Source of the DNA: an uncultured virus (IMG/VR IMGVR_UViG_3300030202_000991)
Taxonomy: Duplodnaviria; Heunggongvirae; Uroviricota; Caudoviricetes
Virus record (IMG/VR): IMGVR_UViG_3300030202_000991
Direction: 5' to 3' (one strand)
DNA length: 64,000 bases
Position numbers and translations under genes: made by a program. The notes under the pieces are model-generated. The model saw only the letters and a list, made by a program, of their open reading frames with translations, was not told where the DNA came from and did no database searches. This document shows positions 8,525 through 17,976 of the stretch, one piece after another (the first letter of the stretch is position 1; each line of letters begins with the position of its first letter).

Positions 8525-8692
8525 TTATCTCGTTCTTCTAACTGGGCCTTTCTTTTTAGCGCCCGGTCTACCACCGCCACTCATTTTTTTCGTAGGCATC
8601 ATACCGCCGCCGCGCATTTTCTTAGTAGTTACACCACCACCGCCACGCATTCTACGTTTTTTAACTGGGCCTTTCTTTTTAGCACCTGCCAT
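8525..8692 (-). CDS. Small Lys/Arg/Gly-rich protein (55 aa)
   Basis: ATG at 8692 preceded by GGAGG is more plausible than the ORF-track start at 8776; three MxGGG repeats. Confidence 0.7.
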   Translation of the reverse strand: MAGAKKKGPVKKRRMRGGGGVTTKKMRGGGMMPTKKMSGGGRPGAKKKGPVRRTR

Positions 8693-9251
8693 CTTGTAAC
8701 CTCCTATAAAATTCAGTACGTAATTTATACATTTCTTCTGTATCGTATTCTTGGAAACTTCTATCGTAGTACCCAAGAGGTCTTAACTTCTCGGCAGCTT
8801 TCTCTAATTTAGATAGTCGCTGCACAAATAACAAAGCATATTCAGTATCTATCTCTGGTTCAAACGCTTCGCTATCTAATAACTCTTGCTCTCCATCATC
8901 AGGATGAAAACCCATTACCCACATATCTCTATCTCTAAAAACATTATCTGCAATGGCTTTGTTAACGTTATCTACAAACTGATGAAACTCATCGTTATCC
9001 TTTATAAATTCGGTATCAGCTATAATCACTAATTCTTTTAAATCACTCCAATTATGAAGTGCCATATATAACTGCTTGTAATCTTCTTTTTCAAACTTAA
9101 AAACTATGCTTACTTTATGTTCTTGCCATGCTGCTTTTGCATAAGGACAAGCTGGTAAATTGTTAAACTCTGAATTACTTGGTTCTAGTACCTGTGCAGA
9201 CCAATCCTTAATTTCTTTGACTATTCCTGTTCTTTCTTTCCAAGTAATCAT
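8679..9251 (-). CDS. DUF1415-like protein
   Basis: LPACPYAKAA and GFHPD motifs resemble the DUF1415 family. Confidence 0.5.
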   Translation of the reverse strand: MITWKERTGIVKEIKDWSAQVLEPSNSEFNNLPACPYAKAAWQEHKVSIVFKFEKEDYKQLYMALHNWSDLKELVIIADTEFIKDNDEFHQFVDNVNKAIADNVFRDRDMWVMGFHPDDGEQELLDSEAFEPEIDTEYALLFVQRLSKLEKAAEKLRPLGYYDRSFQEYDTEEMYKLRTEFYRRLQDGRC

Positions 9252-9541
9252 TTCTTTTTCTTAGCAGGTTTCTTTCGTCTAGCGGCTTGAACTCTTCTTG
9301 GTTTACCTGCTGGTTGCCCTAACCGTTTCTTCTGGGCAATCCTTTTACTCTTTTCCGATTTCGTCATTTCTGACGATGTTTTTGGCGTTTTACTAGAAAC
9401 TTTTTTAGTGGGCCTACAATAAGGCGTACCGCGTTTTTCGCCCTTCTGTCGCCCACAAGCCTTGCCTGTTCGCACATCTTTCCAATCTTCCTTGAACCAA
9501 CGTTTTAAGGCAGCTCCCTTTTTAGTTTTACGAACAGCCAC
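9248..9541 (-). CDS. Small basic hypothetical protein
   Basis: LKRWFKEDWKD...CG...PYCRP; very Lys/Arg-rich; coupled ORF. Confidence 0.7.
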   Translation of the reverse strand: MAVRKTKKGAALKRWFKEDWKDVRTGKACGRQKGEKRGTPYCRPTKKVSSKTPKTSSEMTKSEKSKRIAQKKRLGQPAGKPRRVQAARRKKPAKKKK

Positions 9542-9723
9542 TAAGACTTATTTCCCCAGTTTTTTGCGCCTTTCTTACGACACTTAGCAATAGCTCCAGA
9601 AGCGTAAGCAGACGGAAATACTTTATACCGAGCTTTTACCTTATGGTAGCAAGCGTCTTTAGTAGAACCACCTTTTTTAAAGGTAACAGGCTTTATCCTA
9701 CCCATTCCTCTTGATCGCATCAT
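9541..9723 (-). CDS. Small basic hypothetical protein
   Basis: 60 aa; FKKGG, DACYHKVKARYKVFPSAYASGA. Confidence 0.7.
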   Translation of the reverse strand: MMRSRGMGRIKPVTFKKGGSTKDACYHKVKARYKVFPSAYASGAIAKCRKKGAKNWGNKS

Positions 9724-10010
9724 GCTCTTGTCTTCCCTCTTTGGGCTATACCATCACGAGGACACTTATGTATTTTGCCTCCTCGGTTAAATCCTTTTAT
9801 TCCACGGCCCTTTAACACATCTGCTTGGGTAACTTTTCCATCTTTGTTGAGATCGGGAAAAGTTGTACCTCCTTTGTTAAACTTTTTACCTGCATCTGCT
9901 TTCATATACTCTTTCCCTACACTTTGTGATACACCCGTTTCTTTGGCAAATTTAGGGTTGTTAGCCACTGCCGCCATGAATTTGTGTTGTGCCTTAGATT
10001 TGCTAGGCAT
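9720..10010 (-). CDS. Small basic protein with EF-hand-like loop
   Basis: Likely start MPSKSKAQ at 10010 just after the upstream stop; DLNKDGKVT loop; FNKGG and FNRGG. Confidence 0.65.
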   Translation of the reverse strand: MPSKSKAQHKFMAAVANNPKFAKETGVSQSVGKEYMKADAGKKFNKGGTTFPDLNKDGKVTQADVLKGRGIKGFNRGGKIHKCPRDGIAQRGKTRA

Positions 10011-10012
10011 TT

Positions 10013-10312
10013 TTAACACTTCCACCGTTTTCTGGCTTGACGCAGCCTAGAATTAGGGTTCTTAGCTGCTTTTGGAAACTTTTTCATCTGACCAGCAGAA
10101 CGTGCACAGAACGACTTACGCCGCTTTGCGGCCTTGCTGCCTTTCTTCACTTTACCAGTAACGGCTGTCTTGAGTTTAGAGCCGGGGTTGTCCCTACGAT
10201 ATTTAGCCACACCCTTCTTGGTCATACCTGCGCCAGATTTAGTCGGACGCTTCTGACCACCTTTAATGGTGTGGCCTTTCATAGTTCCCTTTTTGCCCGT
10301 TTGTTTAGCCAC
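10013..10312 (-). CDS. Small basic hypothetical protein
   Basis: RRKSFCARSAGQ...SRLRQARKRWKC; coupled ORF. Confidence 0.7.
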   Translation of the reverse strand: MAKQTGKKGTMKGHTIKGGQKRPTKSGAGMTKKGVAKYRRDNPGSKLKTAVTGKVKKGSKAAKRRKSFCARSAGQMKKFPKAAKNPNSRLRQARKRWKC

Positions 10313-10904
10313 AAAACACCGTTACATTAGTAATGTTGCTTAGAGTCAGTATTGTAAAGTCGCTACTACTATTACTGCGCTGAGTAAGAATACCCTCGTC
10401 AGGTATAGTTACACTGTCAGCAAACGAAGAAGAAGATGCAGGAGTATCGACCTGTAAAAGAAGAGTTCCACTGGCGCTGTTAAGATTAAACTTCAACGAC
10501 CCCGCAGAACCTGCACCTACATAATAGACACTCTTAATCCTAGTGCGACCAAAAGCCAACGAACCTGTAGTACCAATACTTACGTTACCCGCAGAAGCAC
10601 CACTAGCCACTACACTAGTTACTACCGTATAGAAATTAGTAGAAGAAGCAGTACCAGCATTAGCTCCTGTTACTACTTCAGTAGCAGCTTCACCAGTAAG
10701 ACTACCCACTTTAATCCCTGTTATGGTAAATGTAATACCACTATCGTTACCCGCAGAAGTAAACAAAAGTTTATAACCAGTACCACTAGGACTAACATCA
10801 TTAGTAAGCAACGTAACATCTCCAGCACCGCTAATACTTGCTGCTGCTTTTAACAACGTAGCACTAGTGGAGGGAGTTATGGCGAAAATATCACCTTTGG
10901 ACAT
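10305..10904 (-). CDS. Putative virion structural protein
   Basis: 199 aa Ser/Thr/Gly-rich beta-sandwich-like sequence; AGGAG RBS. Confidence 0.6.
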   Translation of the reverse strand: MSKGDIFAITPSTSATLLKAAASISGAGDVTLLTNDVSPSGTGYKLLFTSAGNDSGITFTITGIKVGSLTGEAATEVVTGANAGTASSTNFYTVVTSVVASGASAGNVSIGTTGSLAFGRTRIKSVYYVGAGSAGSLKFNLNSASGTLLLQVDTPASSSSFADSVTIPDEGILTQRSNSSSDFTILTLSNITNVTVFCG

Positions 10905-10907
10905 AAC

Positions 10908-11036
10908 TTACTCCTTAATTTCACCCCGCAATACAGCGGCTTTATACTCAGCAGTGCCGGGTATAAGGCCACCTTTTGCAGGTTTTTTAGGGGCCGCTTT
11001 CTTTTTAGCGGGTGCTTTTTTCTTAGCCGTAGCCAT
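10908..11036 (-). CDS. Histone-H1-like small basic protein (42 aa; below cutoff)
   Basis: MATAKKKAPAKKKAAPKKPAKGGLIPGTAEYKAAVLRGEIKE; AGGGG RBS; fills the gap exactly. Confidence 0.65.
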   Translation of the reverse strand: MATAKKKAPAKKKAAPKKPAKGGLIPGTAEYKAAVLRGEIKE

Positions 11037-11048
11037 AATTACCCCCTA

Positions 11049-11750
11049 TTAACGAGTTCCAGCGCCCATTAAATAATCAATAGTAGTCGCACGAGTACCT
11101 GATGCACTACCAGATATACTCATGGCTGCTATAGCCAGATTTTCGTCATCAGGGATATTTGCACTGTGCGTAGCAACAAGTTTATCGTCAATAAAAAACT
11201 CAACTTTACCAGTACCTGCTACTGCAATACCTAATTTGACGTAAGTATTATCAGCCATATCAATGCCTGAATCAGTAGAAGTTTCAGTGCCATCTTTCTC
11301 TGTTTTACACAGAATAGAAGCATCTCCATCATCTACTTGAAACACGATACGGTCTGTTGCAGTCAGCATGTTTTCTGGATTAGTAGCAAAATTAACGGTA
11401 AAACCAACACAAATGTCAGATTGATCTACATCGTTATTTTTAATACGAGTCTGAAAAAACATATTCTTGCTTGCTGCAACAGCAAATATTTCATTGCCTT
11501 GTACAGAACCACCGTCATTATCGGTAGTACCTGCGGAAGTAATCGCAAGCTCTCCACCTACAGTGTCAGCTACGATAGCTACAGTTGCACCGGAGTCTTT
11601 TACAACAGTCCAACCAGTGTCTAGCTCGTAGACAAAATCGTCTTCTAGGCAGTAGTAATCAGGGTTAATTGACATTGGCATTTCACGAAGGTCTTTGTAA
11701 CCGGACGCATAGCCGCTGTACAACACGGGGGTATTGTGATGAGTAGCCAT
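11049..11750 (-). CDS. Putative capsid decoration / lectin-fold structural protein
   Basis: 233 aa beta-rich (KVEFFIDDKLVATH); immediately downstream of the capsid gene. Confidence 0.55.
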   Translation of the reverse strand: MATHHNTPVLYSGYASGYKDLREMPMSINPDYYCLEDDFVYELDTGWTVVKDSGATVAIVADTVGGELAITSAGTTDNDGGSVQGNEIFAVAASKNMFFQTRIKNNDVDQSDICVGFTVNFATNPENMLTATDRIVFQVDDGDASILCKTEKDGTETSTDSGIDMADNTYVKLGIAVAGTGKVEFFIDDKLVATHSANIPDDENLAIAAMSISGSASGTRATTIDYLMGAGTR

Positions 11751-11812
11751 ATAGTTCTCCTGTCGTGGCTAAAGTCTGCCGCCTCCCCAATGGAGCGCAG
11801 TCAGGATAGATT
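11751..11812 (-). ncRNA. Candidate structured cis-RNA downstream of capsid gene (Mu-gpT-DE-like context)
   Basis: UCCUG/CAGGA outer pairing overlapping the SD; inner CUGC-GCUCC/GGAG-GCAG stem; located after a gpT-like MCP and its terminator. Confidence 0.45.
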
Positions 11813-11823
11813 TATAATATATC

Positions 11824-11854
11824 AAAGAAAAAGGGGCAACAAGTGCCCCTCTCT
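11824..11854 (-). terminator. Rho-independent terminator after major capsid gene
   Basis: AGGGGCAC-TTGT-TGCCCCT hairpin followed by TTTTTCTTT on - strand. Confidence 0.8.
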
Positions 11855-11863
11855 CAACTAGCT

Positions 11864-12775
11864 TTAGCTAGCTCCGGGGGAACCGAAGATACCTAATGGG
11901 TCAGATACGCCAAAGCTATAACGCTCACGGGCTTTATATCGACTGTTACCAGTATCGAAATCAGCATCCATTGAGGTTTGCATTGGTGTACGCACAAAGT
12001 GCTTAAGACCATTTGGAACGTCAGTCATCAAGAACCAAGCATTGGTGTCAGTCAGATAATGGTTAACTGTGTAACCTTCTGGGATTGAACCATTATGCCG
12101 TAGGGCATTGATGTCGTTGTCAGATGTGTTCACACGTAACTCAGTATCTAGCAAACGAGTTGCCACAAACTGAAGATCAGCAGGAACCACCAACTTACGA
12201 GGCTTGGCTGCTATTAACAAACCACGCTCGTCAGTCCAATTAGCAATCTGAATGACCGCAGCTTCCAAAGAAGTTTCGTTCAAATCAGCGCCAGTAGCTG
12301 GCTCATTAGAGTTAGTACCACCAGACACCAAAGGGTGTGCAGTAGAACAAAGCTCTACACCATCGCCATAAGTAGTTGCTGGATCGAACGCACTGTTCAA
12401 TATCGTAGCAGCCTTAACTTGCTTGGTGTAAGCCATTGCGCGTGCTAGTGCTTTGGTATACCGCGCAGACAAAGAGTCATATAGGTTGTCCTCAATAGCT
12501 TCTTCAGTTACTGAGAATCCCATAGAAATTGTCTCGTGGTTATACCGAGCAGTAAACGCTTCTTGGGCGTTATCGTAAGCAATGGCAGCGCCTTCGTTTT
12601 TAACTGGGGCAGCTCCAAAACCGGATAACTTAGTTTCTTCTTCAAAAGAACGGTCTGAGCTTTCAGTCTCGAAAATCTCAGCATGTTCTTCACCATACTT
12701 TTGATACTCCATACCAAATAAGGCATTTAAGCCCGGAAGGAGTTCTTTGAGTAGTTGTGCTCTTGAAATAGCCAT
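11864..12775 (-). CDS. Major capsid protein (Mu gpT-like family)
   Basis: MAISRAQLLKELLPGLNALFG, EEAIEDNLY, RYKARERYSFG; follows scaffold; ends in terminator. Confidence 0.85.
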   Translation of the reverse strand: MAISRAQLLKELLPGLNALFGMEYQKYGEEHAEIFETESSDRSFEEETKLSGFGAAPVKNEGAAIAYDNAQEAFTARYNHETISMGFSVTEEAIEDNLYDSLSARYTKALARAMAYTKQVKAATILNSAFDPATTYGDGVELCSTAHPLVSGGTNSNEPATGADLNETSLEAAVIQIANWTDERGLLIAAKPRKLVVPADLQFVATRLLDTELRVNTSDNDINALRHNGSIPEGYTVNHYLTDTNAWFLMTDVPNGLKHFVRTPMQTSMDADFDTGNSRYKARERYSFGVSDPLGIFGSPGAS

Positions 12776-12788
12776 GTCTCAATGCTCC

Positions 12789-13394
12789 TTAAATTCCGGT
12801 CTTGTTGGTGTATGAATGCGCGTCTGGGTTGAATTTAACCAACAAATCCGTAAACGCATCACCAACGGTGGACTCTGGGCCGTCAACAAAATCAACGATT
12901 CTGAAAGCAAAACCAGAAGTCGTAGCCGTTGTTGCATCTACCGCAGTGTTGGAATTACCTGTAACAGTGCTTCCAGTGCTAGTAGATTGAACCGCATCAA
13001 AATGAGTATTTTGACCCAAATCTGCCTGAGTAACAGAGCCAGCAGCCTGTACTTGGAAGACCACATCAGGATCATCAACAATATATGCTTTAGCGTCAGA
13101 CGCTACAGTGCCCGTAGGCCAATATTGATTGAAAGTAATCTGTCCTGTGCTTGGATCAGTGTAGGTGCAACCAACAAATACGCCAATAGTACCTGCTGGA
13201 AATGGAGTTGAGTTATCTCCATTAGTCGTCACAAGTTCGATAGTACCTCCAGCAACAATGGAAACAACTGCTCCATTGAAAATGTTAGTACCATAACCTG
13301 ACGCTATCTTTATCTGACGGGTAGAACCAGCGTAAGACTGTCCACCTATCAGATTTACGGCTTTTAAGCCGTAAGGGGTAGCAGAAGATGCCAT
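12789..13394 (-). CDS. Putative capsid-associated (cement/decoration) protein
   Basis: 201 aa; PYGL...IGVFVGCTY...AYIVDDPDVVFQVQA; directly upstream of MCP. Confidence 0.6.
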   Translation of the reverse strand: MASSATPYGLKAVNLIGGQSYAGSTRQIKIASGYGTNIFNGAVVSIVAGGTIELVTTNGDNSTPFPAGTIGVFVGCTYTDPSTGQITFNQYWPTGTVASDAKAYIVDDPDVVFQVQAAGSVTQADLGQNTHFDAVQSTSTGSTVTGNSNTAVDATTATTSGFAFRIVDFVDGPESTVGDAFTDLLVKFNPDAHSYTNKTGI

Positions 13395-13407
13395 GATAGA
13401 CTCCTAA

Positions 13408-13860
13408 TTAATCTTTACGAAAAGAGACCGTTGATTTCCTATCGTTAAATATAGGCATACGAGGGTCACTTTCGCGCATTAAGTTGTTGTCAACAGAACG
13501 CATTTGAGCAGCAGTTTGCTGCTTATAGTACTCATTACGCTCTTTAACAAGTTCTTCGGGAGCTTTGCAAAGCATTAGTCCACCTATAATAATATTATCC
13601 TTAAACCTGTCATCAGCGACAGCATCAGAAAATATCTCAGGGTGAGCATCTGTTTTTACTGGCTCCCAACCTTCACGTAATTTAGAAGAAACATTAGTAG
13701 CGTCTGAAACGCCTCTTGTGGCAATACGTATCCAACGATAGGCATACCCTTCTTCGGGCGTTGGGCTAGGCAGTGTATCGGGCCTATTCCAAGCCTGTTT
13801 ACGAGTATCCTTTTCTCTCTTTTCGCTATCTCTGGACTTCTGTAGTTTATTATCAGCCAT
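13408..13860 (-). CDS. Conserved head-module hypothetical protein
   Basis: YRWIR...KLREGWEPV...GGLMLCK; between scaffold and capsid genes. Confidence 0.7.
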   Translation of the reverse strand: MADNKLQKSRDSEKREKDTRKQAWNRPDTLPSPTPEEGYAYRWIRIATRGVSDATNVSSKLREGWEPVKTDAHPEIFSDAVADDRFKDNIIIGGLMLCKAPEELVKERNEYYKQQTAAQMRSVDNNLMRESDPRMPIFNDRKSTVSFRKD

Positions 13861-14920
13861 TTTGTTTCCTCGCTAATTCAGCAACCTCTTTGGCGTATTG
13901 TTCCAATGGAACCCCAAGTCTTTTCGCAACAGCTATTTGTGACTGCTTTAATTTCACCTTTTTAGGTGAAGTGCTCCGCGTAGCGGGTGCAACCACATTG
14001 CTTGGTTTTTGCTTGGGAGCCTCCTCTGGCTCATCTTCTATCCCTTCATCAAATTGATCGGGGAATATCTGTCGCATACGAGAATTTATCTTCTCGTAGT
14101 ATTCATCTGATTGAGGACTTACACCCTCTTTCGTCAATTTCGTATGCAGTCCTAGAGCAAACGCGGTCATTTCATCGTCAGACCCAAACCAAGAGTTATT
14201 ACTTCTCCATGCTTCGGCCTTTTCGTCTCGCTGCGGTTGTTCTGGCGCAAGTTGTTGTGATTGAACATTATTTTCAGTATTTTGTAAAGTAGTTTGGTTA
14301 TTTGCAGGTATTTCCCGCTGTTTCATACCACTAACTTTATCTAAACGTATTTGAGCAGCGTTTAGCAGTGTCTGTGCTTGTAGCACCGCATCTGGCTCTC
14401 CTGCTTCATACGCTTCTTTGTACTGTTTTTGGGCAACGGCAAGCTCAGACTCAACCTGTTTCTTAGCAGATTCAATCAAAGCATTGTGGTTTTGCGCCCC
14501 TCTAGCGTTAAGTTCTTGATTTTGTTCAATAAGTTTTTGAGCGTAAGTTATTGCTTCTTCACGTTCACGGACAGCTTGCTCTTTGGCCCTTCGCTCATCA
14601 TGGTATCCTTTACTAAAATGTTGGATACGCTTTTTAACTTTATCTGAGTAATTTTCTAACTCTGCGTTAGTAACTTCTTCAGGAGGTTCCGAAGGTGTGC
14701 GCCCTCTGTCTGCGGCAGGTGTATCATCCTCTACTTCTATTTCAACCTTATTATCTTTGGTATCTTCCTTTTTATCGGGCTTTCCTATAGTTTCACGCCC
14801 TACAGCTCCCTCTACTTCTATTGTAGTGTCTACTGCTTCTTCTTCCTTTACCTCTACTTCCTGTAGTTTTTCATCCTTTTCTGGATCAGGAAACTCATAT
14901 TCTACGTGTTGCATTGGCAT
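13853..14920 (-). CDS. Putative capsid scaffolding protein
   Basis: Acidic N-terminus, long coiled coil, C-terminal SQIAVAKRLGVPLEQYAK; between portal and MCP. Confidence 0.65.
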   Translation of the reverse strand: MPMQHVEYEFPDPEKDEKLQEVEVKEEEAVDTTIEVEGAVGRETIGKPDKKEDTKDNKVEIEVEDDTPAADRGRTPSEPPEEVTNAELENYSDKVKKRIQHFSKGYHDERRAKEQAVREREEAITYAQKLIEQNQELNARGAQNHNALIESAKKQVESELAVAQKQYKEAYEAGEPDAVLQAQTLLNAAQIRLDKVSGMKQREIPANNQTTLQNTENNVQSQQLAPEQPQRDEKAEAWRSNNSWFGSDDEMTAFALGLHTKLTKEGVSPQSDEYYEKINSRMRQIFPDQFDEGIEDEPEEAPKQKPSNVVAPATRSTSPKKVKLKQSQIAVAKRLGVPLEQYAKEVAELARKQNG

Positions 14921-14930
14921 AATTTACTCC

Positions 14931-15362
14931 TTACGCACGAGTCAGTTTACTCGGATCGTCAATTACGGCTTCAATTGAGTCATCATTCATAATGCGATAC
15001 TCAACATCACCCACTCTAAGTCTAGTACCTGTGCTTGCTCGGAATACTACGTAATCTCCTTCCTTACACCACGGGCCACTAGGGAAACGTTCTTTATCCT
15101 TATAGGCTTCATCTCCCATATCACAGACAACGCCTGTCATCTGGAGAATGTTTTCTTCCTTGATTGTTTGATTTGCTTTCGCAATACCACTATCAAACGT
15201 ATCTTCTGCGTTAGATAAGGCCACCATAACCCTATAACCAACAGGCTTGGGAACATGTTTATCTAAGACTACTTCTTTTTGTCTTTCAAATTCCTGTTCC
15301 GCTATTTTCTTCTTTCGCTTGGCTTCAATAGCCGTTGTTGCAATCGCTTCAGGCATCGTCAT
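14931..15362 (-). CDS. groES: GroES-like co-chaperonin
   Basis: PVGYRVMV, SGI, GVVCDMGDEAY, KEGDYVVF, EYRIMNDDSIEAVI match the Cpn10 pattern. Confidence 0.8.
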   Translation of the reverse strand: MTMPEAIATTAIEAKRKKKIAEQEFERQKEVVLDKHVPKPVGYRVMVALSNAEDTFDSGIAKANQTIKEENILQMTGVVCDMGDEAYKDKERFPSGPWCKEGDYVVFRASTGTRLRVGDVEYRIMNDDSIEAVIDDPSKLTRA

Positions 15363-15546
15363 CTTCCATATATGTACGCGAGAGGTCTTGTATTTCTCTG
15401 CGTGCGGTAGCTAGACCCCGGATTACTCCGCACGATTCCTTATATTCGGCGTAGTCTTGAGCACCACTACCGCTAACGAATTCTTCCTGTTGTTTCTGTA
15501 ACTCAGTTAATTTTTCTTCCAGCACGTCAAAGACGGTCGTTGCCAT
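15349..15546 (-). CDS. Small hypothetical protein
   Basis: 65 aa; DYAEYKESCGVIRGL; between portal and GroES. Confidence 0.7.
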   Translation of the reverse strand: MATTVFDVLEEKLTELQKQQEEFVSGSGAQDYAEYKESCGVIRGLATARREIQDLSRTYMEDDDA

Positions 15547-15552
15547 AAAATA

Positions 15553-17976
15553 TTACTCTTTTTTAGTTGTATCGGTTTTAGCGAGTTCAATTATAGTTTT
15601 GGCCTCATCTAAGTTCTGTTTTGCATCAGCCTGTTCTGTCATGGAAGCAATACGAGAAGCCTCAATAGCCGCAGTATTCTTAGCTTTCTGCGTATCCAGC
15701 TCTAATCTTGCTGCATCAAGCATCGTATCTGATTCGTCTTTAGCTGCTTTTCTCTGTTGTTCTTGCGCTTTAATCTGCAATTCTGCTTGTTTCATCTGGA
15801 ATACAGGGTCTTGCGCCTGTTGTTGTTGAGCCGCTTGCGCCGCTTGCTGTTGTTTTTGAGCAGTAAGCTGTGAACTTGCTGAAGCCATAGCCTGTGAAAG
15901 AAGTTTCTCTGCCTGTTCTGGCATTTCATCTCCCATAGCAGGTAGTTCTACACCGAGTTGCGCTTCCATCTGTTGTCTGTACAAGAATGCCATGTGCTCT
16001 CCAATGTGAGCTTTTATAGCACCAACAACCTGTTGCCCCGTGGGGCTTTGCTGTATAAACCCACCAATCTGTGGGTCTTGCAAGAACGCTTCATGCACAG
16101 CAATATGGGCTTCATGGTCTTGATATATAAAGGCTTTTACTGGTTTGCCCATTAGTATATCCATATTTTCAGACACTGGATCGGCAGGTTCTACATCATC
16201 TGAAGTCGGTACTAATTTGTCTGCGTTCTTTATCCCTAACACTTCAATCATTTGCCGATGTAACTGAGGCAGGTCATAAATTTGTGGACTAGCTTGTGCC
16301 ATTTGAAGCACTGTTTGATACTGCACCACACGTTGTGCCATTGTGCTGCTATTAGGATCACTAACAGGAATGACCTCTACAGTGTCGTAATCCGCACGTC
16401 TAGCACGAGGCTCTGCACGATTGGGCACATACATATATTCTTCAGGCGCATACTCAGCAATCAAAGCTCTGAGTAATTTAAACTCTTGTTTCATTGCATA
16501 ATGGACACGCGATTGAACCGCAGCCATTGGTTTTAAAGTACGTTCTAGGAGAGCTAATGTAGTCCCAACCGGAGCGTTAGCACTCATGTCCGATATGTTC
16601 ATATCAGAGATAGCGCCAAGTCTCCTACCTTCTTCTGTTATCTGTTGTAGTAAAGCAAGTAATGTTTGACTTGGCTCCTTATAAGGAAGCGTCATTAAAT
16701 TGTCTTTTATACTGCCACTTGGCACGTCTACGTCACGAAACTCTCCCGGCCCTATTGGAGTATCATCTCCTTTAACCCTTAACCCACGAGATTTTAACCC
16801 TCCGGGCAAGTTTGCCAATGTACCAGCGTCAACTAATTGACGGATAATTGAAGTTCCTGCTTTAGCGTAACCACCAATAATGTGAATTAAACCAAGGCCA
16901 TAGAAGCCAAATCCGGGTACATAAGAATAATGGACAAAATGTTGACGCTTGAGTGTCAAAGAATCGTCAGGGTTCCAGTTGCGCCTTATCGACAGTACTT
17001 CCCCTGTCCCCTGTTCGATACTAACCACGTAAGGTTTAGCTATCTGTAGAGAATCTTCATCTTCCTGATCCACACCATCAATAACAAGATCAGCATGAAT
17101 TTCTAGTATTGTGTACCGATCATCGGTATTGAGCGTATAACCACCTTCTTCGGCTTTCTTCTCTTCAATATCCGTGTGGTAATAAACAGGCTCACCGAGT
17201 TCTAACTCTCGGTAAAAGCCAGCCGCTTGCAGTTTTATCATTTCATTCTTGGTTTTACGCATTACGTGTGTAACACGTTCAGCAGTCTCTATGTTAGACG
17301 CACCATAAGGCACAATTACATCTTCCGCAGGGATGTACATAGCGACCTGTCGCCCAAGATTGGGGTCATAGTACACTTTCTTAAATGCAGACCCTGCAAG
17401 ACCAAGGCTGTAAAGTAGACGTTCGTGCTCCGGGCGATACTCCATCATCACCTCAGTAAGCTCGTAGTTCATGTCCGTTTGGACACGCGATGCAGCGTCT
17501 TCTTTTTCTTTGGTGACTTCACCAAGTATCTTGGTCTTGACAGGGCCAGCAGCGGGGAACGTTTCACTCATTGCTTCAGCTTGAAAACGAATAGCGGCTT
17601 CTGCCAACACATTACTGTAGACTCCACAGGCTTCTTCCCACGGCTCTACACGTTCTTCGTACTTAAAACCTAATACATCCAACCCTTTAACAAAGGTATC
17701 TGCCCATTCCTTACGGCTTGACGTATCTCCTTCAACATGGCCTACAAGCTCAGAGGAAATACCTATTAAGTCAGAATCTTCTAAATATTCGGCAAGATTG
17801 GCATCAAATGGCGCTCCCATAGTCTCTTCAAGACCTTCTTCAGGAACCAATGTAATTTCGACAGACCCGTCATCTAAAGTCACCATCTCAGGGTTTACAA
17901 TCCCAATTTCCATCGTGGACTCTTCTTCAACTCCTATTCCTTCAGGAGTCTGATATAAACTTTTCTCAATAGCCAT
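15553..17976 (-). CDS. Portal protein
   Basis: 807 aa directly after TerL; GSAFKKVYYD, PGFGFYGLGLIH, RQLVDAGTLANLP; Gln-rich C-terminal barrel as in P22-like portals. Confidence 0.85.
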   Translation of the reverse strand: MAIEKSLYQTPEGIGVEEESTMEIGIVNPEMVTLDDGSVEITLVPEEGLEETMGAPFDANLAEYLEDSDLIGISSELVGHVEGDTSSRKEWADTFVKGLDVLGFKYEERVEPWEEACGVYSNVLAEAAIRFQAEAMSETFPAAGPVKTKILGEVTKEKEDAASRVQTDMNYELTEVMMEYRPEHERLLYSLGLAGSAFKKVYYDPNLGRQVAMYIPAEDVIVPYGASNIETAERVTHVMRKTKNEMIKLQAAGFYRELELGEPVYYHTDIEEKKAEEGGYTLNTDDRYTILEIHADLVIDGVDQEDEDSLQIAKPYVVSIEQGTGEVLSIRRNWNPDDSLTLKRQHFVHYSYVPGFGFYGLGLIHIIGGYAKAGTSIIRQLVDAGTLANLPGGLKSRGLRVKGDDTPIGPGEFRDVDVPSGSIKDNLMTLPYKEPSQTLLALLQQITEEGRRLGAISDMNISDMSANAPVGTTLALLERTLKPMAAVQSRVHYAMKQEFKLLRALIAEYAPEEYMYVPNRAEPRARRADYDTVEVIPVSDPNSSTMAQRVVQYQTVLQMAQASPQIYDLPQLHRQMIEVLGIKNADKLVPTSDDVEPADPVSENMDILMGKPVKAFIYQDHEAHIAVHEAFLQDPQIGGFIQQSPTGQQVVGAIKAHIGEHMAFLYRQQMEAQLGVELPAMGDEMPEQAEKLLSQAMASASSQLTAQKQQQAAQAAQQQQAQDPVFQMKQAELQIKAQEQQRKAAKDESDTMLDAARLELDTQKAKNTAAIEASRIASMTEQADAKQNLDEAKTIIELAKTDTTKKE

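Noticed and set aside
8352..8699. Plus-strand ORF spanning the N-gap
   Set aside because: Artefact of scaffolding and antisense reading
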